From: Alphaproteobacteria bacterium
GTDB taxonomy: Bacteria; Pseudomonadota; Alphaproteobacteria; UBA828
DNA: 64,000 nt
Direction of reading: 5' to 3'
Assembly: GCA_963667785.2 (NCBI GenBank)
Contig: CAXXMU010000002.1
Span: 704,001-768,000 of the forward strand
Part shown: positions 1 through 12,000 of the stretch, in pieces
Layout of the letters: the number at the start of each line of letters is the position of its first letter
How positions within the stretch are numbered: position 1 is the first letter of the stretch
The notes under the pieces: generated by a model
Told to the model about the DNA's origin: nothing
Seen by the model: the letters and a program-made list of their open reading frames with translations, nothing else
The model's database searches: none
Translations under genes and position numbers: made by a program

Positions 1-3000
1 CGTCCAGTCGGCGCCCAGCATGCTGCTCAGCACCTCGCCGTCGAGAGCGAGCGCGCCCTCGCGCCCGTGGAACCGACCGACCGTTCCCCGGCCCCACACG
101 GCGGTGACGCCATCCTCCGCCGTTCGTCCCGTCAGGGTGAAGGACGTGCCGGTAAGCAAGTCGCGCCCCGTCACCTGCCGCGACGTGAATCCGCGCGCCT
201 CGTCCTCGTCACTCCCGCCGCCGAGCCATCCCGCCAGCGTTTCGAGGCCGGCTTCCGCCTCCCGCGCTTCGGCGTCATCCGATGCGGCGCTGCCGTCGAC
301 CCGCTGCCCCGCGATGCTCAGCTCCGTCTCCGCGACCGGCGCCGATGCCAGGCGGTCCTCGACCGCCGCGAGCACCTGGTCCGCGACCGTGCGCCCGAGG
401 CGCGCCAGCCACGCTTGCGGCATCGCATCGCTGTTGCGAATTGTCCCCACGGCTTCGCCATCGACGATCATCGCCCGCTTCGGATTGCTCAACACGAGCG
501 TCAGGGTCTCGCCGTCATCGTCGATCGTATCGTCGAGCACCGGCACGGAAACCGTCTTCGACGTCTCGCCGCGCTCGAAGATGAGTCGGCCCGAGACAGC
601 CGTATAGTCCAGGCCCGCGGTTGCCGTACCGTCCGCCGTCCGGTAATCGACCTTGACCCGATAGGGCGCCGTGCCGCTCAGCGTCACGACGAACCCCAGC
701 GCCGCGCCCGGCCCCTCCTGGACCTCTGCGTCCGCCACCGTGATCTCGTGCCCCGGCCCCGGCACCGAGAGAGATATCGACCTGGAGAGCGGCCTCTTGT
801 CCGCGGTGCAGATCGCTCCCTGCGCAGCGCAGTCGGGCGTAGCGGCCAGCGTCAGCGCCAGGGGACGGGTGGATGTCGGCATCACCCTGATCGCCCACAG
901 GTCGCCTTTCTTCTCGCCGCTACCATTCGCGACCTGCCACAGGCCGTCGATGACGCCGTCGGTCACCGTCAGGGCATGGTTGCGAAGGCTCCGCGCGCTG
1001 ACGGTCACCGGCTCGCTGAACTTCACGCGGACCACGAACTTCATGCCGTCACCGGAATGGCCGGGCGGGAATTTCGCCCACTGGGCGGTCAGCGAGGGCC
1101 CGGGTGTCGGCGGCGGCGGCCTCCGGCTCTCCTTCGTAGCCCCCGCATGGCCAAGCTGTGCCGACGGCCCGTTGGGACTCCCGATCGTGCCGCCGTTCAG
1201 CGTCAGGCTGTCCGCCAGCACGGCCACGCTGTAGACCGGGCTCTGGGCGGCCGTCACCGCATGCTCGAAGACGAGCGTTTCGCCACCCGACCCCCGGGCA
1301 TAGGGCGCCTGCACCGTCTCGCCGTCGACGGTGAGAGTGACCGAGGGGACTCCACCCTCCGTCGCCACGACCACGTCCTCGCGGAAGTCGATCGCGACGC
1401 CGACATGCTCGCCTGCCGCCCAATTTCCGTTCCGATCGTCGTCGTCGAGGATCTCGACGGTCCTGATGAGCGGTCGATAGAGCGTCGCGGTGCTGCTCGC
1501 GTCGCAATCGGTTGAGTCGGACGTGTTCCGACGGAAGACGTTCGAGGCCAGGTTCGGTGTCCCCGTTTCGGCATGGGTCGCCGCGCCTGCGGGAACGCTC
1601 ACCGTCACCGGCTGTCCCCAGTCGGTGGGCGTGACCCGGATCCGATACCCCAGGTTCCGGCTGTAGGGACGATCGATGAGTTGCGCGGACGCGTTCACGA
1701 GCGTCACGTCATCGCCCAACACGAATCCGTCCACCTCTTCGTAGTAAAGGAAGAGTTCCGGCCCCGTCGTGAACCCGATATTGACGATAAAGGTGCCCGC
1801 GTCGTTCTCGGGCGTCGCCGGATCGTCGTAGTCGCGGCACACGGTGGCGGGCACCTCGGTGTCTCCCGCTTCGCCGGAATTGCCCGCCATCACCTCGGTG
1901 CGAACATCCCTGGCCATGTCGACCGATGCCGCCTCGGCATCGTTCGACAGCGCCCAGCCGCCTCCGTGCCTGGCGCGCATCCTGAACGCGTAGCGGACAT
2001 TCGCGACGATGCCGCTGCTCACGCGGAGACCGATGCTGCCCGCCTCGCAGTCGGCTGCGTCAGACGGGGACCAGGGAGAGAAGACCTCATCGCTCCACTC
2101 TCCCGGCATCGAGGGGTGGAGCTTTCTCTTCTGGATCGCGAAGCTTCCCAGGTCGCTTGCCGCGACATCGGTGGGCTTCCAGCAGAGGTCGACGGTCGGC
2201 ATGCCGTGCGGCGCGTCCTCGACTGCCAGACCCGTGACCGTCAGCCCGCCGACTGCGATCGTCGCGTTGGCCTCCGCCGCGTCCGACGCCGGGCCCGTAC
2301 CGCCGCCCCCGCCGAAAATGGCCGAGACCCGGTAGTGGCGGGTCTCGCCGGCCATCAGGCCCGAGCGGTGGGTGTAGGCCGTGCCGGTTCCGCCCGTATC
2401 GGCCATCACCTCGGCCCAAGAGGAGCCGCCATCGTAGGACGCCTCGACCCGGTAGCCGACGACCGTGCCGGGGGAGGGCGCCGTCCAGCTCAGCGCGACC
2501 CTGCTGGCGGTGGCGTCGGTGGTCAGCCCCGTCACCCGGCCCGGAATGTCCGGCGCCGCCTCGTCGTCCGCTACCGTCACCGCAACGTCCGACGCCGTCT
2601 CGGAGCCGTAGTCCGCTCCGGCCACCGCGTGGGAGACGGTCGCCGTGTCGTTGACCGCGTCCGCATCCTCGGCCGCGCTCACCGTCACCGTCTGCTCCGT
2701 GTCCCAGGTCGACGGCGTGAAGGTCAGCGCGCCGCTCACCGTCACGTCCGTATCGCCGCTCGTGCGCGACGGCGTCACCGTCACGGTGCCCGTGGGCTCG
2801 CTGTCGAGCACCACCGTGTAGGTCGCCGTGTCGCCCTCTGGCACCGGGAGCGCGGTCTGCGACACCGTCACCCCGCGCGTGTCGTCGTCCACGATCGTGC
2901 CGGTGACGTTGACCGCATTCGTCGCCGTGGGCGCCACCCCCGACCAGGACAAGCGCCAGTCGATGGCGAGCGTTTCGTCTTCCTCGTCGATATCGTCGTC

Positions 3001-6000
3001 GACGATGGTCACCTGAAAGCTCGCCGACGTCTGCCGGGACGGTATGGAAATATCTGCATCAACGCCAAATTCGACGAACCGTTCGTAGTCGGCCACCGCC
3101 GTCGCCGTGCCCTGGACGCGGTTGGATTGGGTTCTGTAGACCACTTCTCCCTCGACCGGATGGCTCAGCTCGAGAACGAACGTCATGGTTCCCGCGTCTT
3201 CGTCGACCGACACGTCCTCCATGGTCGCCGTGGGCGGGGACTCGTTGTCGGGCCCCACCAGCACCACCAATATCGTCCCGTTGATGCCGAATACCGCCGG
3301 GTCCGTCGGGTTGCTCAGGGCGAGGGTGACGTTTCCCGCGCCGGCCGGCTCGTACACCGAGTCGTCCAGAATCGAGAGGGTGAACGTCTTTCGCGTCTCG
3401 CCCGGCGCGAACGTCAGGGTGTCGCTGACCGGCGTGTAGTCCTCTCCGGGCAACCCGTGGCTGCTGCTCAGCGTGGCGTAGTCCACGCTGACGGCTTCGC
3501 CGAGCGCCGGCGTCAGGATCACCCCGATTTCCACGTCACCGGCGTCCTCCCCCTTGTAGAGGCCCGTGTGCTCCCATTCGATCACCGGGGCGGCCCGCGT
3601 CAGCTCGATCGTGTAGGCTTGCTCGGTTTCCCCGTCTTCCGCGGTCACCGTCACCGTGACGGTGTTCTCGCCGAAGGCCATGGCCAGATCCGCCTGGTTC
3701 GGGGTGCTCGTGTCGTCGTCTCCCGCGATCGCGACCCTCGCCTTGCGGTGGCTGGTCGCGACGGCGACGCTCACCGTCGCGGCGGTGTTCTCGACCTCTC
3801 CCTCGTAGCTGTACGTCCCCGACGCGAAGGCCGGCGTCAGGGCGACGTCGCTGCTGCCCACCTTGACCGTCAGCGACGTCAGGGACGCGTCCGTCGATGC
3901 CGCATCGTCGTTCAAGATGGTGCCCGTCGCCGTCTTCGGCGTTCCCAGCGCGGCGTTGGACGAGGGGTTGGAGAGCGTCAGCGTGAAGGTCTCGTCGTCT
4001 TCGTGCGCCGTGTCGCTCCCGGTGGAGATGGAGACGGTCTTCGATGCCTGGCCGGCGGAAATCGTGAGCGTGGCGCCGCCTGCGGGCGCGGTGTAGTCCG
4101 CCCCGTCTTCGTGCTGGGAGTCCGATGTCGCCGTGCCGTCGCTGGTCCCGTACTGCACCGTGACGTCGCGCGATGCGACCGGGTCGAGCGTGACCGTGAA
4201 CTCGACGGCATCGCCTTCCGTCGCCGAGGCGTTGGCGATCGTCAGCGTCGGGGTTTCGTCGTCGGTGATGGTGCCCGTGGCCATCGCGGCGGCGAGGGTG
4301 GCGTTCGACGCGTTGCTCAGCGTGACCTTGAAGGTCTCGTTGCCCTCGCCGACCGAGTCGTCGACCAGCGCGACCTCGATGGTCTTCGCCGTCTCGCCCA
4401 CCGCGAATTCGAGCGTGCCCGACGCCGCGGTGTAGTCGGAACCCGCTTCCGCGGTGTCGTCCGAGGTCACGTAGTCGACGGCTGCCGCCTCGCCGCTCGC
4501 CACGTCCAGTGTCACCGCGAATGCGACCTTGCCGGCATTCTCCGCCGCGGTCGCGCTCGCGATCGAGATCGCGGGCTCGGGGCTGCCGTTGCGCACCGTG
4601 CGGCCGGTGAACTGGGCCGCCTCGTTGCCCCAGCGGTCCTTGATCCTGTCGGTTCCCGGCGTGTAGCCCACCGTCACCGTCTGCGCATGACCGACGGGCG
4701 AAACGAGCGTCAGCGTCACCGTCGCGCCGTCCACGTCCACGCCGGTCACCGACCGCGACGCCCCCGCCACGGCGACCTGGAAGGCCCCCGGCGCGGGCGC
4801 CGAGTTCTCGTTCAGATGCTCCGCGACGCCGCTCGCCCGCTCGAAGGCCAGGACCAGCTCGGTCCCGTCCACCGTCGCGCCGTCGGCGGCGCTCGCCAGC
4901 ACGGGCCCGGTGGTGTCCACCCGCGCGGCCGCGGTGCGCTGGCGATGACGGATGTTCACGGCGATACCGTCGTCATTCTCGATGGTGCCGCCGCCCAGCG
5001 TCAGGCCGCTGCTGCCGTTGAGCCCGATGCCCCGGACGTTGGTCGGAACCACGAGGGCGGCGCCGTCGCCCGGCACCTGAGCCGGCACCGTCCAAGCGAA
5101 CACCAGCGCCGTGGTCCCCGTGCCGCTCTCGTAAGGCGCGGTGTGGACCGTCGAGTCGCTGCCGGAGCGGAACTTCAGCGCCGGCGTGCCGTTCGTCTCG
5201 TCGACATCGACGGCATTCTCGAACGTCACGGTGAAGCGGACGGTCTCGCCGGGGCCGTAGACTGGGTCCCCGGTCACCGTCTCCGGCACCGTCGGCGTGG
5301 AGGTCACGGCGACGCTCTTCACCCACCGCGTGTCGAGGCTCAGGCCGCTGGAGTGAAACGCATGGTCGAGGCGGGCGTCGACGGTCGTCCCCTTGTTCCG
5401 GATGGTCCCGCCGTTGCGCTGGAGACCGTTCGTCGCGACCCGGACACTGGAATCGTCGTCGTCGTTGCCGGTCACGACGCGCTTGAAGACGAGCACCCTC
5501 TCTGTGCTGGAGGCTGCGTCGTAGTAGGCATACTCGTTGAGTCTGTGCGCGTCGATGAAGTAGAGCTTGACCCGCGGCGTTCCGCCGACCTCCACGGCGA
5601 TGTCGAACGTGACGCTCACCTCGATCACGTCGCCCAGGTCGTAGACGTTGTTCGACGGCCGGCTGGTGAAGGCGACGTTCGTGACCACCGCCGGATCGGT
5701 ATCGTCGTCCTCGATGGTGCCCGTCGCGGTCTTCGGCGATCCGAGCGCGGCGTTCGACGACGGGCCGGAGAGCGTCAGCGTGAAGGTCTCGTCGTCCTCG
5801 TCCGCCGTATCGTCCCCGGTGGCGACGGAGATGGTCTCCGACGTCTTCCCGGCGGCGATCGTGAGCGTGGCGTTGCTGGCCGGCGCGGTATAGTCGGCGC
5901 CGTCCGCGTGCGCGGAATCTGCCGTCGCGCTGCCGTCGGTGGTGGCGTACTGCACCGTCACGTCGGTCTGAGACGCCGGGCTCAGCGTCACGGCGAATTC

Positions 6001-9000
6001 GACCGCATCGCCCTCGGTCGCCGAGGCATCGGCGATGGTCACCGTCGGCGTTCCCTCGTCGTCGGTGATGGTGCCCGTGGCCTCGCCATTGGCGATGCTG
6101 GCGTTCGCCGCGTTGCTCAGCGTGACCTTGAAGGTCTCGTCGCCCTCGCTGAGCGCGTCGTCGCCGAGCGTGACGGTGATGGTCTCGGACGTGTCGCCCG
6201 CCGCGAATCTCAGGGTGCCGGACGCCGCGGTGTAATCCGAACCCCCTGTGGTCGTCACGTCCGAGGTGGCGTAGTCGACCGTCACCTCTTCGCCGCTCGC
6301 CACATCCAGCGTCACCGCGAACGCGGCCGCGCCGTCGTCCTCGTCCACCGTGACGCTCGCGATCGAGAGCGTCGGCTCGGGGCTGTCGTTGCGCACCGCG
6401 CGGCCCGAGAAGCCTGCCGCCTCGTTGCCCCAGCGGTCCTTGATCCTGTCGGTCCCGGGCGCGTAGCCCACCGTCACCGTCTGCGCATGGCCGACGGGCG
6501 ACGCGAGCGCCAGCGTCACCGTCGCGCTATCCACGTCCACACCCGACACCGTCCTCGTGCCCACGCTCAGGACCGTGACCGTGAAATCGCCCGGCGCCGG
6601 CTCGGAGTCCTCGTCCAGATGATCCGGAACGCCGCTCGCCCGCTCGAAGGACAACACCAGCTCGGTTGCGTCCACGACCGCGCCGGCAGGCCCGGTCGCC
6701 ACCACCGGGCCGGTGGTGTCGACCAGCGAGTCGGTCGCGTAGCTCCCGTGCCGGACGTTCACCGCCCTGGCGCCGGCGTCCTCGATGGTTCCGCCGTTCA
6801 GCACCAGGCCGCCGTTGGTCAGGAGCGTCCGGTCAGCGGCGGTATTGGAAGGAACGCCGATCGGCGTCCCGTCGCCCGCGACGGCCGCCGGCACCGCCCA
6901 GGCAAACACCAGCGCCGTGCTGCCGGACCCGCTCTCATATTCCGCATCCTGGCGCCCCCCGCTGCCGGCGACGATCTTCAGCGCCGGCGTGCCGGACGCC
7001 GTGTCCACCGTGACCGCGTTCTCGAACGTGACAGTGAGCCGCACCGTCTCGCCGGGACCGTAGATCGGATCCCCGGTCACGGTCTCGGGCACCGTCGGCG
7101 TGGACGTTACCGCGATGCCCTCGATCCACCGCGTGGCGACGGTCGCGCCGTTCGAGACCGCCGCATGGCCGAGGGCCGCCGCCACCGCGGTCCCCTGGTT
7201 GACGATGCTGCCGCCGTTGAGCTCCAACGCGTCGTCGGGCACGCCGATCCCGTCCGTGTCGTCGTCGTCCGCCGCCGTCACCGTCTTGCGGAACACCAGC
7301 ACGGTGGCCGAGCTGGCGCCGGCGTCGTACGCCGCGTAGCTTGCAGACGCGTCCGTGCCGTCCATGGACAGGCCCACGCGCGGCGTGCCCGTCACGTCCA
7401 CCGCGGCGTCGAAGGTCACGCTGACCTCGATGGAGTCGCCCAGCCCGTAGCTCCCCGACGACGGCACGTCGGTGAAGGTCACGGAAGCGACCGACGCCGC
7501 GGTCACGTCATCGTCCACGATGGTGCCGGTCGCCGATCGCGCCGTTCCGAGCACGGCGTTGGACGAGGGGTTGGAGAGCGTCAGCGTGAAGGTCTCGTCG
7601 TCCTCGTCGGCCGTGTCGCCGGTCGTGGCGATAGAGGCCGTGCCCGAGGTCTGGCCGGCGTCGATGGTGAGCGTTTCGCCGCTGGCGGCGGTGAAGTCGT
7701 CCGCCGACGCCGTGTCGCCGGATTCGATCGAGGTGTCGTACTGGACCATCACCGCGCTCGCGGCCGCCCGGCTGAGGCTGACCGTGAACTCGACCGCGGC
7801 GCCCTCCGTCGCCGATGCGGCCGCGACGGTGAGGGTGGGCAGGTCGGGGCGCCCCGCGACCTCGGTCGACCAGGCCCCTTCGAGACTGCCGCGAACCGCG
7901 AGCACGCGCACGGTGTAGTCGGTGCCGTCGGTGAGCGAGGGGATCGTGTGGCTGGTGGTCGAGCCCGAAGAGATGCTCGCCTCGCGCCCGTCGGAGGAGG
8001 CGGTTGCGAAGGTCTGGTCGCCGGACTTCCACTGCACCTTGTAGCCGTCGGCGCCGAGCACCCCGTCCCAGCTCACGCCCAGCGAGCCGCCGGCGGGCGT
8101 CAGCGCCACCCCGGTCACCTGGGCCGGCGGACTGTCGTCGTCGACGATGACGATGTTCCATGCACAGACGGTGCCGCATGTAGAGCCGTCGGAACCGGCC
8201 AGGGCCACCGCCGCGGGAAAGTTGTTCTTGATAAGCCGGAGCGAGAAACCTTCGTTTCCCTCGACGAGGTCGTCATCGGTGAGGGTCACGTCCACGGACT
8301 TGGTGGCCACGTACCGGCCGTCCTGCGCCGCGAAGTCCGATGCCTGGAAGCTGACGAAGCTGGTGCCGAGGGCCTCGTAGTCCAGGTTTCCCACCGCCGT
8401 TCCGTTCTGGGTGCTGACGATGAGCCTGAAGGATATCCCGGCCGGCTCGGGCACCCCCGCCGCGGTCTCCGCGACGAACCCGATCGAATGCGTTCCGGAG
8501 TCTTCGGGAAACACGTGCGCGGCGCTGGAGGGCCGCACGGTGATCGCCGGGTCGGCGGCCACCATCGCGACGCTCGCGGAGCCGTCGCTCCCGATCGCAT
8601 AGGTCGAGTGCGACGCGATGCTCGCGGTGAGCGTGCCGTCTGCCGTGGCGCCGCCGGTGAAGTCGCCCGGCTCGAGGGTGAGCGTGGCGGAGGTCTGGTT
8701 GGCCGGGATCGTGACCGTCCGGGACAGCTTGCTGGACGGCAGGAAGTCCTGGTCCTGCGTGAAGGCGAGGTTCACGGCAAGCGCCTCGGCGGTCGCCGCG
8801 GCCCGCGTGACCGTGAGCGTGAAGCCCTGGAGGTGGAAGGCGAGCGTGGACACGTCGGCGGCGATCGAGACGCTCGGCCTCACCTGCGATACCGTCAGCG
8901 TATAGGTCCCGTCCGGCCGCGGCGCCCTGACCGCGGTGACGGTGATCTCCGTCTCCGCGCCGTCGATCCGCACCTGGTGTCCGGTGGCGTTGCTGTCCGC

Positions 9001-12000
9001 ATCGGCGGGCAGGATCCTCGCGTTGCCGCCTCCCGCCGCGGAGGCCGACACGGTCACGAACTCGACGCTGGCGGACACCGTGGCCTCGTACGCGGTCGTC
9101 CCGGACGCGAACGGCGGCGTCAGGTCGAGCGATGTGGTGCCGTGGGCGAGCCCCAGCGAGGCGAGCGTCGCCGCGGCCAGCGTCTGGCTACCGTCCACCC
9201 GGTGCCCCCCTTGCGTCGACAGCGCGGTCCCGCCGAGCTCGGCGTCGCGCTGGTCGGCACCGGCCCGGATGGTCGCGCCGTTGAGCGCGAGGGCGTCGTC
9301 CCCGACGCTGATGCCGTCACTGTCGAGGTCGCCGGACTGAACCACGTATTCGAACGTCAGCGTCCTGTTTCCGGCCATGCCGGCGTAGCCGACGTTCCTG
9401 GACGAGGAACCGATGTCCACCTCGAGATGGGGCGAGCCGTTGCCGGTATCCACGACCACGTCCCGATCGAACTTCACCGAGAGGGCGATGGTCTCGCCAC
9501 TCGCGTAGGTGTTGCCGGTGTGCAGGGGCCGGGAGGTGACCGTGACGCCGCCCGTGTCCGCGATCTTCGGCACGTCGCGCACGATGGTTACCGGCAGCTC
9601 TCCCGCCGCCAGCGCGCCGGAGTCGTACCCGCCGCCGTCGCCCGTGTGCGTGAGGGTCTTCGTGGCATCCTGAGCGGAGACCTGCGCCGCCGCCGTCACG
9701 GTCACCGTTTGCCCGTCGTTCCAGTTGTCCCGCGTGAACGACAGACTGTCCGGCTCGACGGTCAGGCTGCTGCCGCCGCCCGCGATGGTCACGCCGAGGT
9801 TCGCGGACGGCCGTTTGCCGAGCTTCAGCGTGTAGCTGGTAGTCCCGTCCTCGGCCAGCGATAGCGCGGTCTCCGAGAACACGTAGCTTTTCTGTGCGTT
9901 CTCGTCCTCGATGAGCACCGGCAGATCGACGACCGGCGCCGAGCCGTACCCGCCGCCCGCGGCCCGGTGGCGCAGCTCGTGTTCCCGGTTCCCTGTCACG
10001 ACGTTGCTGGACGCAGCGACAACGATCCTCTGCGACTGATCCCAGTTATCCGGCGTGAAGGTCAGCGTCGCGCTTTGACCCGATGCGGAGGAGGTGCCGA
10101 TGAACAGCGGGGCGCCGTTGACCCGTGTGACCTGAACCGTCACGTCGCTCGCGGGCTGGAGGCCGAGAGCGACCCTGTAGGCGACGGCCGCTCCGCCTTC
10201 CTTGACGTGCAGGCGGGTCTTGTTGAGCACGATCGACGCCGCGACCGTGTCGACGACCTCCACGGCGACGCTCGCGGAGACTCCCCCGTAGTCGCCCCCG
10301 CTCGCGGTGTAGGTCAGGGTCTCCGGGTCGTTGTCGGCGTCCAGGTCTGCCGCGGCCTCGACCGTGACCGTCACGGGCGTGTCCCAGTCGCCGGGTTCGA
10401 ATTCGATGGCGCTCGGCGCGACCGTGAGATCGGTGCCGGCGGTGCCGGCAAGCTCCAGCGTCACCTTCTCCGTGGGCAGGGTCGCGAGCGCGACCGTATA
10501 GGTGGCGCTGCCGTCCTCGGGCACCGGCAGGGCGGTCTGGGAGAGCACGATGGCGGGCGTGTCGTCGTCCGTCACCGCAACCGGCAACGTGGCGGCGACC
10601 GATCCGTAGTCCCCGCCGCTGGCGGTGTGCGTCAGCGTGGCGCTGCCGAGCGAGGCGTCGTCGTCGTGATCCGCGCTCACGCTCACGGTCTGCGGCTCGT
10701 CCCAGTTCGTCGGCGTGAAACTGAGCTGGCTCGTGCCGAGCGTCAGTCCGGAATCCCCGCCGGCGGCGATCGAGACGCTCACGGTGGCGCTCGGCTTGGT
10801 CGTCAGCGCCACCGTGTAGCTGCTGCCGGCGCCTTCGGTGACGCCGAGGATCGGCGCCGAGAACACGAGCCCTGCCGTGTCGTCGTCCTCGATGGTGCCG
10901 GTCGCCGAGGTCGCCGTGCCCAGCTCGGCATTGGACGAGGGGTTCGAGATCGTGAGCGTGAGCGTCTCGTCGGATTCGTCGATGGAATCCTGGGTGGTGG
11001 CGATGCTGATCGCGGTCTCGGTCTGCCCGGCCTCGATCGTCGCCGTCTCGCCGCTTTCGGCGGTGAAGTCGCTCGCGGACGCGGTGTCGCCGGTGCCGAT
11101 CGACGTGCTGTATTCCACCGTGACGTCGGTGTCCGTCACGAACCTGAGGCTGACGGTGAAGCTCAGGTTCGCGCCTTCGGTGGCCGACGCGCCGGCCACG
11201 CTGACGGCCGGCTTGCCGTCGCCGTCGAGAATCGTTCCGGTGGCGGACTTGACGGTCCCGAGGTCGGCATTGGACGAGGGGTTGGACAACGTCACGGTGA
11301 AGGTTTCGTCGGCCTCGTCGACGCTGTCTTCGGTCGTGGCGATGCTGAATTCGGCGACGGTGTCTCCGGCGGGGATGGTGAGCGTCTGGGACGAGGCGGC
11401 CGTGTAGTCCGTTCCCGCGATCGCGGTAACGTCGCCGGTGTCGTACTGCACCGTCACCACGCCATCGGTCGCATTGTCGAGGGAGACGGCGAACCGCACG
11501 GGGCTGCCCTCGAGCGCGGACGCTGCGGCGATGCTCAGCGTCGGGTTGGCGTTCTTGTAACCGCGAATGTCGATCCGCAGGGGGTCGGCTGCGGTGTTCC
11601 AGGAGGTTCCGCTTTGCTGCAGACGGGCATTTCCGATGCTCCAGCCCGGCAGCGACGTGCTGTCCTCCCCACGCGAAGCCGTCTTTCCCCACCCTTGCCA
11701 GTCGCTCTGTGCCTGCTCCTCGTTCAGGACGATCCAGTAGGTGGTGTTCGCCTGCAGGATCGTGTTTGCCGGAGCCGCGTAGGCGAAGAAGTCCCCCGGC
11801 ACGTAAGCGTCGTCGGGAGTCGCGAGCGCGGCCACCAGGGTGCCCGGCCGGCCGGCGCTGTCTTCCTTGATGGCGACGAACGTGCCCGAGTCGCCCGCGA
11901 AGTCGCGAAACGGCAGGAGGCTGATGGAGGAGAGCGTGTATCCGGTGCCGTGCGGGCCGGTGGTGAAGCTCTGGGCCTGGATCGACGGGGTGGCGCCGGA

